Shown here: positions 50,653 to 58,719 of the stretch, one piece after another
Position numbering within the stretch: position 1 is the first letter of the stretch
Layout of the letters: every line of letters starts with the position of its first letter
Assembly (NCBI GenBank): GCA_031285625.1
Contig: JAITVV010000056.1
Coordinates: 128,001 to 192,000, forward strand
Direction: 5' to 3'
DNA: 64,000 nucleotides
Origin: Prevotella sp.
Lineage (GTDB): Bacteria; Bacteroidota; Bacteroidia; Bacteroidales; Dysgonomonadaceae
Notes under the pieces: generated by a model
The model's input: the letters and a program-made list of their open reading frames with translations, nothing else
What the model was told of the DNA's origin: nothing
Database searches by the model: none
Translations under genes and position numbers: made by a program

Positions 50653-51339
50653 TTAGTTTATATTCAGATTATCAATTTCTTTATCTAACCGTTTAATATT
50701 CTCTTCATTTTGTTTCTTTTGCTCCAGCTTTCTAGCCTGCTCTTGCAAGCGATGCTCATAATCACTCACTCTTTTACGAATGTTATCCACAACATAAGTA
50801 CTATCCGGATAGAAGAAAAAGTTTTCCAACCGGGTAATTTCGTTTGGCAAGATACCATTCTTCATTTTGATAAACCTATATTTCAGGTCATTTTGGGTTA
50901 ATCTGTTATTCTCCTGATACTGGTTGTAATTTCCGAATAAGGAGCATAACAATCCAAGTGAGATAAGGATAATCGCAATAAAAGTTTTACTCGACTTAAA
51001 ATCAATCGTATAATGATTCTTTACAATACTTGGCTGTTTAGCTATCTTCTCCAATTCTACTATTTTCTCATTGAGAAATTCTGAAAAAGAATTATTTGCT
51101 TCATCCTGCAACTGGCGCATAGTTGCGACTACTTCCGAACTGTATGTCTTCAATTCTTCCGCCGTAATACCTTTCTTCGATTCATCGATAGTCTGTATTA
51201 TCTTATTCAGCAAATCTATCTTCAACGCGGATTCTCCGTCATCCGTCTTTTTCGAAGATTGGATTTCGCTTTTGAGTTCGGACAGTATTTCTGAAAAGCC
51301 GTCCATTGTTACCTGTATATTTTCAAATTCATTATTCAT
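50653..51339 (-). CDS. Coiled-coil, single-TM mobilisation accessory protein
   Basis: Follows relaxase; NHYTIDFKSSK then TM helix, NDLKYRFIKM, C-terminal coiled coil. Confidence 0.65.
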   Translation of the reverse strand: MNNEFENIQVTMDGFSEILSELKSEIQSSKKTDDGESALKIDLLNKIIQTIDESKKGITAEELKTYSSEVVATMRQLQDEANNSFSEFLNEKIVELEKIAKQPSIVKNHYTIDFKSSKTFIAIILISLGLLCSLFGNYNQYQENNRLTQNDLKYRFIKMKNGILPNEITRLENFFFYPDSTYVVDNIRKRVSDYEHRLQEQARKLEQKKQNEENIKRLDKEIDNLNIN

Positions 51340-51344
51340 AATTG

Positions 51345-52304
51345 TTATCTTAATTTGGGCCGTTTATTATTTTTCCTGTTTATCTTCTTCTGCCTGTATT
51401 CCATCTCATGCCGGAAGCGGTTTTCTTCCGGATCTTCCCCATGAGTCTCGAATACAGACATCGAGCCGACTCCTTCAATCAGGGAACCGATAATACCGGC
51501 TCGCTGATTATGGGTATTATTTTCTCCGGTAGAGTCTCCCGTTGGTATATTCCGATTCTGTTTTTGACTTTGGCTTTGAGTGTTTGCCTTTAGCTGTGTA
51601 TCTATCTTTGAATAGCTGAAGCTGCGGCCTATCTCCGAACCTTTGAAGGTGATACTGTCTTTGGTAAAGGAAATACCTTGCACTTCATTTGTCTGACCTT
51701 TATACTTGTAAGACAGGATAACACCTTTTTCTTTCAACAGCTTTTCTAAATCATCCCAGTTAGCAGATTTGGATAAGACATCTTTCACAGCATCGTAAAC
51801 CTGATATTTGGTTTTATCTGTTCCTCTTAACTTTTGCTGCTTTACCTTATCCTTGCCTTTGCCATATGTTAATCCGTACTTGTCTTTCAATTTTTTACAG
51901 ACCGCTTCATTCCGGTACAGGTCATTCCTGTCACTGATAACCCTGCCGTTATTGTCGATACGGTTATAAACCAGATGTACATGTGGATTACTGTTATCGA
52001 AATGTCTTACTAAAATGAATTGGGTATCTTTTATTCCCATATTATCCATATATTCCTTAGCCAGTATTATCATAACCCCGTCGGTCAGCCGTTTCTCATC
52101 ATCAGGCGAATAGCTTAATGAGATATGCCCGACAGGATGTTTGATGTTAGGCTTCATCAGACGTTGTGTATGAAAGCTTTGGATTATATTGTCCGTATTA
52201 CCCAATAGCACGCCATCGGCAGCTATCAGTTTGGCTTCCTGTTTGTTCAGGACATAATTAACACATCCTTTAAACGCTGCTCTTTTCATAACTTTTCCAA
52301 TCAT
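51345..52304 (-). CDS. Relaxase/mobilisation nuclease (MOB_P-like, BmgA/MocA type)
   Basis: Motif I Tyr (CVNYVL), HISLSY, RH...PHVHLVYNR HUH motif. Confidence 0.9.
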   Translation of the reverse strand: MIGKVMKRAAFKGCVNYVLNKQEAKLIAADGVLLGNTDNIIQSFHTQRLMKPNIKHPVGHISLSYSPDDEKRLTDGVMIILAKEYMDNMGIKDTQFILVRHFDNSNPHVHLVYNRIDNNGRVISDRNDLYRNEAVCKKLKDKYGLTYGKGKDKVKQQKLRGTDKTKYQVYDAVKDVLSKSANWDDLEKLLKEKGVILSYKYKGQTNEVQGISFTKDSITFKGSEIGRSFSYSKIDTQLKANTQSQSQKQNRNIPTGDSTGENNTHNQRAGIIGSLIEGVGSMSVFETHGEDPEENRFRHEMEYRQKKINRKNNKRPKLR

Positions 52305-52647
52305 TTGAAAGTTGGTTTATAATTCCTACCATGATACCCCGAAGGCTGATCACATCGGAAGCTACATTTTTGAATCCTTCCCTGTTGGCTGTCCTTGCCA
52401 GCTGGTTCAGGTTGTTCGCTTCCCCTGAGAGTTTACGAAGTATGTCCGCGTCGGATTTACTTATCCGCTGTACTACTTTTCCGGTCAGTAAGACCGAGCG
52501 GGCAAACTTGCTCAGGCTTACTCCCGCATCCTTTGCCCTTTTCTTTAAAGCCATGTACTCAATACCTGAGATACGGGCGCTGACTACTTTCTCTTTCGGC
52601 TTTTTCCTAACCTTATTTTTATCTGGAATAATCTTATTATTTAGCAT
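52270..52647 (-). CDS. mobC: MobC ribbon-helix-helix relaxosome protein
   Basis: VVSARIS...GVSLSKFAR RHH and ANNLNQLAR motif; overlaps relaxase start. Confidence 0.88.
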   Translation of the reverse strand: MLNNKIIPDKNKVRKKPKEKVVSARISGIEYMALKKRAKDAGVSLSKFARSVLLTGKVVQRISKSDADILRKLSGEANNLNQLARTANREGFKNVASDVISLRGIMVGIINQLSNDWKSYEKSSV

Positions 52648-52711
52648 GGAACTTTACATTTTTATAGTTAATTACTCTCCCCGAAACTGCGACCGACGGG
52701 AGCGGTTTTCC

Positions 52712-52870
52712 CTCCGGCAAAGCCGGAGCAAGGTAGGAAATGTATACATTTCCATAACCTTGCCATTGACTTTCCAAACAGGGCTTTGCCTCCAACCGGA
52801 CGGGCAGCATCTTCAGGAACTGATACGCAAAACTTCGGGCTTTAGCTCAGGTTGGTATACCAACTAAGCT
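52712..52870. other. Putative oriT
   Basis: GC-rich intergenic region upstream of mobC; hairpin CTCCGGC-AAA-GCCGGAG, inverted repeat GCAAGGT...ACCTTGC enclosing GGAAATGTATACATTTCC, second palindrome GTTGGTATACCAAC. Confidence 0.7.
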
Positions 52871-52969
52871 ACCGGAACTGACTAAACCCAAAACACCAAT
52901 AACTCATCGCTCGGGGATCGCCTTTGCGGCAAGGGGGTGGAGCACCACTCCCGACGAGCGGGAAAGAAC

Positions 52970-53257
52970 TTATTTCTTTTTCTTAGGGAAGATTACCATG
53001 TTAGCGGCTTCGTTTTGCAGTTCTTGTTTTGTCCTGACAGGATTTTGCCTTAACCAATCCTCCAACAATTCCCTTTCGAAGTAAATCATTTTGCCTTGTG
53101 GTTTATAGTGTGGAATAAGCCCTTTCGAGGTAAGTTGGTACAGGTAGCTTCTTGACAAGTTCAGAAACCTGCTGGCTTCTTCAAAACTGAAGATTTTTTT
53201 AAGGATGTAAAGTTGTTTCTCTAATGCGGAAACCCTCACTTCTAAATTTTGTTCCAT
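52970..53257 (-). CDS. Excisionase-like HTH_17 DNA-binding protein
   Basis: FSFEEASRFLNLSRSYLYQLTS..LIPHYKPQGKMIYF; -7 element TACATTTG at 53323-53330. Confidence 0.85.
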   Translation of the reverse strand: MEQNLEVRVSALEKQLYILKKIFSFEEASRFLNLSRSYLYQLTSKGLIPHYKPQGKMIYFERELLEDWLRQNPVRTKQELQNEAANMVIFPKKKK

Positions 53258-53382
53258 AAAACTATGAATTTTACAAATTAATAAAATGGGGTTGCGCATA
53301 CCCCGGAATTTTGTTAACGGGGCAAATGTAAAATGAAAAATACGGGTGGTTGTTTGAGAATGATTGAGGTCTTAATGTACTC

Positions 53383-54345
53383 TCAATGTCTTTTCATTTG
53401 TTTAAGATATTTGTGGATAGTATCGCTTTCTTTGGGTGGGTTTTCCGTTGCGTCAAAGGCTGCGGAAGAGTAGTCGTTTTGCCCGAGTATTTTGCCTTTG
53501 AACGACATGAACAGGTTATTTCGGGCGCATACAGACTGCCATTCAGCTATGATATAGTTTTTATAGGAGAGTTCGCTGAATAGGAATGCAAGCAGTCTAT
53601 TTTTATTCCGGTTTATTCTGACAGGTACTTCGAGCTTACAGTTGAAAAGACTTTCAAGCAGTTCCGGCGTAACGGGTTCAGCAAACAATCGCTGTTCATT
53701 TATACATTCTTCGAGGATATCCAGTTGCCAGTCATCAAAATTACTGCCGAGGGTTTGTTGCATGCTCACGACTGTTTTCCTTCCAGACTGACGGGCTTTC
53801 CGTTCTTCTTCCTCCTGTTGTTTCATTTCTGTATATAACGCCATAGGCTCTACAATGGACTTGACGGATGTGATAGTGTTGCCCATCTGAACGACCGAGC
53901 CTTTAATATCCGACATGCCGGAGATCAATGCTTCGTGTTTTGTGTCCGTCGGTTCGGACAGCCTGTATTTTGCATATAACCGTTCAAATGTAGCTTCGAT
54001 ACTTTTGCATTTTCGGGGTGAGTAATGGTTATAAGACAGGTGCTTTTTGTAATCCTCCATCTGCCTGTCGAGGTATTTATTAGCCTGCTGCACTGTCATG
54101 TGGTTGTATTTGATAACCGACTGCATATAATGGGGAGTAAAACGGAAATTATATGGCAACATACACAGGCAATTGAACCACCTGAATATGTTTGCCGCAC
54201 CGAAAAGGAGAAAGGCCAACGGAATATATACCCACATCAGGATTTTATTTTTTATCCGTAAAAAACGTTTTATGACTATCAGTCTGTACCATAGCCTGTC
54301 GATGGTTTGTTTATCCGAATATTTTATATAATCCAGTTTCCTCAT
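53383..54345 (-). CDS. Hypothetical mobile-element protein with N-terminal TM segment
   Basis: 320-aa ORF from MRKLDY; -7 element TATTTTTG at 54363-54370; hydrophobic ILMWVYIPLAFLLFGAANIF. Confidence 0.65.
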   Translation of the reverse strand: MRKLDYIKYSDKQTIDRLWYRLIVIKRFLRIKNKILMWVYIPLAFLLFGAANIFRWFNCLCMLPYNFRFTPHYMQSVIKYNHMTVQQANKYLDRQMEDYKKHLSYNHYSPRKCKSIEATFERLYAKYRLSEPTDTKHEALISGMSDIKGSVVQMGNTITSVKSIVEPMALYTEMKQQEEEERKARQSGRKTVVSMQQTLGSNFDDWQLDILEECINEQRLFAEPVTPELLESLFNCKLEVPVRINRNKNRLLAFLFSELSYKNYIIAEWQSVCARNNLFMSFKGKILGQNDYSSAAFDATENPPKESDTIHKYLKQMKRH

Positions 54346-54932
54346 ACTTAACTGTTTGACTACAAAAATACGACAAAAAAGCAGATTAATAAAATTTAAA
54401 GACATTGGATTGATAGTCAATAAATAAGGTGTTGAGTTGTGTTTGTTTCCCGAATAAAAAACAGGAAAACGTACTTTTGAGTCGTACTTTAGTTACCTGT
54501 TTTCGGTAACGAAAATACTACCAGAGGTAGCAAAAGGACGCAGTTTGCAAGGTGAAAAAGCAAAGGAATTTAGTCGGTGAAAAAAACAGATTTTGAGAAA
54601 AGATTCTTATTCACATGCCCGGTTTATTCTTCATGGTAGGAGACTTTGTGAAAAATATATCTCTTAAATAAGAATTTATACTCAAAGGAAATTGGTTTGC
54701 GAAAATATAGATTCAAATGTCTTACTATAAGCCATAGTATCATTGCAATATATTTCTGTTTGAGTATATCTAATGCCTTTTATATATGGCAAATCTACAA
54801 AAGTCCTGAAATTTGAAGACGAATATAATGCTATCGTTTATCTTCCTAATGATAATTTTGGCGTCCCGTCTGGCTGTTAAATTCAGCATTCTTTGCAGCT
54901 AAATAAGCCGTGTTTCAGTCTTAATAAGTATA

Positions 54933-54957
54933 AAACCGCCCTTATCCAGGGCGGTTT
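54933..54957 (-). terminator. Terminator after esterase gene
   Basis: AAACCGCCCT-TATCC-AGGGCGGTTT. Confidence 0.75.
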
Positions 54958-54977
54958 CTTATTTTCTGTACTTAGCA

Positions 54978-56426
54978 TTAATCTTTCTGAGTGATTCCCT
55001 TCAGGCAATCGGTACGGAAAGGTGCGGCAGGTAAGCCTTCTTCATTGAACAGGTTCACATCCGGGTTGTTAGACCAGCTGTATCGAACCGATACCGGATT
55101 TGGTATATTATCAGAGTATGCTACTACCTTATCCCCGTCTATATAAGCCTTTGCCCACACAAACTTATTATCTGCCCCGGCAATGGCGAAACCTTCTATA
55201 TATCCGTATTTGCTTGTAGACTTCAAGCCTTTCCCTATGTTGTTGAAGCTGATAACAACCTTATTACCACTGATATCCATCGACTTGAAAGTAGGTACCG
55301 AGTATACTAAGCCTGTCTTGCCATAATCCTTATTCAAGGCGTTAAGAGCCAGACGGATTCCCACATCCTGCTTGTTGCGCGGATGAATGTCGCCTGCTTC
55401 GCCTATATCGGTGATAACCGCTTCGCCAGTCTTAGGCAAAGATAATGTCATGGTCTGCGCTTCCCTCAATTCGGCCCACTCACTGTCTACAGGCTTATCG
55501 TCTTTTGCCATGAAGTTAGCCAGTTGTACCCAGTAGAAAGGAAACTCATATCCCCATTTTGTTCTCCAGTCGGTAATCATGTTCGGGAACAATGTGCGGT
55601 AATTATAAGCCTGTGCGGCATTATGCTCTCCCTGATACCAGATAGCCCCTCCGATAGTAAACTGTGTGATAGGATTTATCATGGAATTATAAAGCAAAGA
55701 TGAATACATATTCGGGGATAGTTTCGCTTTGTCGCTTTCTAAATCGGTTATATTTAAGTCTTTATATTGTTCTTTGAACTTATCTGCCAGTTCTTCGAAC
55801 GATTCCGGACTAGTCCAGGTTTCGATACCTGTCCCACCCCATGAGGAGTTAATAATACCGATAGGAATATTCAGTTCCTGATGAAGTTTCCGGGCAAAGA
55901 AATAGGCAACAGCTGAGAATTCGCCTGCTGTAGCAGGAGAGCAAACTGCCCATGTCCCATTAAAGTCGGATTTTGGTTTCATGTTCAAATCCTTAACTAC
56001 ATTGAATGCCCTGATTTGCGGATAATCGGCATTATCGATTTCAGTTTTGGCGTTTGTAACATTCTTCACCTGCCACGCCATATTCGATTGGCCGGAACAA
56101 AGCCAGACTTCGCCCACCAGAATATTTTTCAGCGTAATAGTGTTTTTTTTGCCTTTTACTTCCATCGTATAAGGCCCGCCATGAGATACGGCAGCGAGCT
56201 GTATGCTCCAGTTGCCGTTTTTGTCTGCTTTTACCTTTTTTACCTGATTGAGGAAGCTGACCTCTATAGTTTCATTTTTGTCGGCCCATCCCCAGACCTT
56301 AATAGCCTTATCGCACTGAAGCACCATATTGTCTGAGAATATGTGCGGTAGTTTTATTTCTGCATACAAAGTAGAGAATGCAAAACTAAAAATACAAAGA
56401 ATAAGAGTATTTAAACTTTTTTTCAT
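54978..56426 (-). CDS. Sialate O-acetylesterase-family (SASA/SGNH) carbohydrate esterase
   Basis: Signal peptide; GEVWLCSGQSNM, WGGTGIETW, WYQGE, DIHP. Confidence 0.9.
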   Translation of the reverse strand: MKKSLNTLILCIFSFAFSTLYAEIKLPHIFSDNMVLQCDKAIKVWGWADKNETIEVSFLNQVKKVKADKNGNWSIQLAAVSHGGPYTMEVKGKKNTITLKNILVGEVWLCSGQSNMAWQVKNVTNAKTEIDNADYPQIRAFNVVKDLNMKPKSDFNGTWAVCSPATAGEFSAVAYFFARKLHQELNIPIGIINSSWGGTGIETWTSPESFEELADKFKEQYKDLNITDLESDKAKLSPNMYSSLLYNSMINPITQFTIGGAIWYQGEHNAAQAYNYRTLFPNMITDWRTKWGYEFPFYWVQLANFMAKDDKPVDSEWAELREAQTMTLSLPKTGEAVITDIGEAGDIHPRNKQDVGIRLALNALNKDYGKTGLVYSVPTFKSMDISGNKVVISFNNIGKGLKSTSKYGYIEGFAIAGADNKFVWAKAYIDGDKVVAYSDNIPNPVSVRYSWSNNPDVNLFNEEGLPAAPFRTDCLKGITQKD

Positions 56427-56455
56427 GTTGTGTAAATTGATTGATATTAGACAAT

Positions 56456-56593
56456 GAATATTTCTGTAATTTCGTTAACTGTTAGCATGGTAGTAAGATC
56501 TAGTTATTTGTTTGTAAATCAGAACTATAAATATAGCTGTTTCTATAATATCCATGCTAACTCTTTGGCATATTTTTTATGTCGAACTCACGT
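56456..56593 (-). mobile_element. Probable truncated IS982-family left end (terminal repeat plus first 11 transposase codons)
   Basis: Minus strand begins ACGTGAGTTCGAC; ATG 56488 reads MLTVNEITEIF, resembling from memory Bacteroidales IS982 transposase N-termini (M.T..K.TEIF); stop three codons later. Confidence 0.6.
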
Positions 56594-56764
56594 TATATTA
56601 ACTAAAAATAATCATTCAATTATTGAAAGCGTTTCATCTCAAACATATTATCGTCTGGGGAAATAAGTCATTCTCTTTAGTTTTGTGTATCTGGATATTA
56701 TAAGACAACCTCCGATTGCTGTGGAATAAAAAGAAGCTTGTCATTCACGATGTAGAACTCTATT

Positions 56765-57775
56765 TTAACCTCCTCCTGATACAATGATCAAGACTAATCC
56801 GGTAATAAATAGTAAGAATATCAGCGCTAGCAAATAATAAACAGACTTGGGAGAACCTTTAAATTCTTTCCAAACAAATACGCCCCAAATTGCAGCAATC
56901 ATAGGTGCACCTTGTCCAAGTGCATACGAGATCGCGGGTCCAGCCTTACCTGCCGCAATGTAGCTGAATGCCGTACCCAAACACCATATTGCACCTCCAA
57001 GCATACCTACCAAGTGAGTAGAAAACTTTCCTTTGAAATACTCGGTATACAAAACAGGAGTGCCTACGAATGGCCTTTTCATAATAATGGTGTTAAATAT
57101 AAAGTTACTAAGAAATACTCCTGCCGAAAATACAAAGATTGCAGAGTAAGGTGTCAGCATTCCTCTAGTAGGATTTTCAAAGTTATTTAAGTCCATAGCT
57201 ACAGCCACAAACCGATAGAAGAAGGACATCAATACTCCAGCAACAATAGCAAGAATAACTCCTTTCTTGTTAGTCGAAATATTTTCTAATGCATTCTTCT
57301 TTCTACTTGATGCTATGCCATTGCACATAACAGCAACGACTATAAGGGCAATTCCAATAAACAGAATTATAGGATTACCTTTGGGAGCACCAATATAATT
57401 GATAATAACTCCCAACACTAAAGCCAAACCGACTCCTAATGGAAAAGCAACCGAAAGTCCTGAAAGGGATATTGATGCTGACAGTAGTATATTAGAGGCA
57501 TTAAATATAATTCCACCTATAATGACACTACCTATAAGAGTCCATTCGCCTTGTCCTAAGTCTTGAAGAAAAGGACGTCCTGCATTGCCGAAGCTCCCCA
57601 TCGTCAATCCTATTAGCAAACTGAACAACAACATTCCCATTACATAATCCCAGTAATAGAGTTCGTAACGCCAACTTTTGGAAGCTAGCTTCTGTGTATT
57701 TCCCCATGACCCCCAACAAAACATGGTGATAAAACAAAAAAATACAGCCATTGCATAACTAGTTACTACAAACAT
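56765..57775 (-). CDS. DMT-superfamily (GRP/ureide-permease-like) sugar transporter, RusT-like
   Basis: About 10 TM helices, CWGSWGNTQK, SYALGQGAPM, WGVFVWKEF; follows ribokinase. Confidence 0.8.
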   Translation of the reverse strand: MFVVTSYAMAVFFCFITMFCWGSWGNTQKLASKSWRYELYYWDYVMGMLLFSLLIGLTMGSFGNAGRPFLQDLGQGEWTLIGSVIIGGIIFNASNILLSASISLSGLSVAFPLGVGLALVLGVIINYIGAPKGNPIILFIGIALIVVAVMCNGIASSRKKNALENISTNKKGVILAIVAGVLMSFFYRFVAVAMDLNNFENPTRGMLTPYSAIFVFSAGVFLSNFIFNTIIMKRPFVGTPVLYTEYFKGKFSTHLVGMLGGAIWCLGTAFSYIAAGKAGPAISYALGQGAPMIAAIWGVFVWKEFKGSPKSVYYLLALIFLLFITGLVLIIVSGGG

Positions 57776-57789
57776 ATTTTTATTATTTT

Positions 57790-58707
57790 TTAAATAAGTA
57801 TATCTACTTCTGATCGGGTAGGTATGGAGTCTTGCGCCCCCATTCGGGTAACAGATATTGAAGAAGCCAAAGTCGCAAATTTGGCGGCTTCAACCAAGGT
57901 TTTCCCTTCTGATAGAGCTACACACAATGCTCCATTATAAACATCACCTGCTGCCGTTGTGTCTATTGCATCCACCTTTCGGGATTTTACATAGTGAAAT
58001 TCCCGATTATCGGTCAATATCAATGAGCCTTCTGTACCCAATGTTATTATCACATTATTGACACCTTTATCAGCCAATACTTCAGCTGCTTTTTTTGCCG
58101 AATCAATATTTGTTATTTGTATGCCTGATATAATTTGCGCTTCAGTTTTATTTGGAGTAATCAGATATAGTTTCTTCAAAGTGTTTGAATCTACATAGTT
58201 CGCTGGAGCAGGATTCAAAACAATTTTTACTCCAGCCCTATAGGCTATATCTACTGCATATTCTATCACATCAATTGGTATTTCAAGTTGCATCAATAAA
58301 ATAGCGGCATGCTCTATTATATTTCTTACTGAGTCTATATCTCTTCTCGACAACATGTTATTAGCACCTGATGCTACCGAAATGCAATTCTCGGCACACT
58401 TATCAACCATTATCAAAGCAATTCCTGACGGAGTATCGTCATCACGGAATATATAATCTGTATTTATTCCAGATTTGGCATAATTTTGTATCGCTTTCTC
58501 CCCAAAGATATCTTTACCTACTTTGGCTACAAAAGTGAGGTCACCATTCATCTTTACCACTGCTACAGCTTGATTTGCTCCCTTTCCGCCAGCAGTCATC
58601 ATAAATTCTCCTCCAAGAACTGTTTCTCCAGAAGAGGGAATACGATCCGATTTAACTACCATGTCGGTATTGGAACTACCTATTACTATTATTTTAGTTT
58701 TTTCCAT
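57790..58707 (-). CDS. rbsK: Ribokinase
   Basis: GSSNTD, GGKGANQAVA, QLEIP, NPAPA, DTTAAGD. Confidence 0.92.
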   Translation of the reverse strand: MEKTKIIVIGSSNTDMVVKSDRIPSSGETVLGGEFMMTAGGKGANQAVAVVKMNGDLTFVAKVGKDIFGEKAIQNYAKSGINTDYIFRDDDTPSGIALIMVDKCAENCISVASGANNMLSRRDIDSVRNIIEHAAILLMQLEIPIDVIEYAVDIAYRAGVKIVLNPAPANYVDSNTLKKLYLITPNKTEAQIISGIQITNIDSAKKAAEVLADKGVNNVIITLGTEGSLILTDNREFHYVKSRKVDAIDTTAAGDVYNGALCVALSEGKTLVEAAKFATLASSISVTRMGAQDSIPTRSEVDILI

Positions 58708-58719
58708 TTTTTTTATAAC

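Larger units (their letters stand above)
46045..54500. mobile_element. Integrative mobilizable element/genomic island at tRNA-Leu; right boundary unresolved, may extend past 64000
   Basis: Starts at tRNA 3' end; direct repeats near junction; relaxase, MobC, oriT-like region, excisionase-like HTH and defence-like cargo; no integrase or duplicated tRNA 3' end seen. Confidence 0.75.

Noticed and set aside
52331-52867. 178-aa plus-strand ORF over mobC and oriT
   Set aside because: Antisense to mobC and crosses GC-rich oriT; no recognisable domain
54978-56426. Esterase as an internally deleted pseudogene lacking the inserted sugar-binding domain
   Set aside because: Frame and catalytic motifs are intact and short forms of this family exist
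56610-56670. Possible decayed IS5-like transposase fragment (IES..HLK..YRLG across frameshifts)
   Set aside because: Too short and needs frameshifts; cannot be supported without a search
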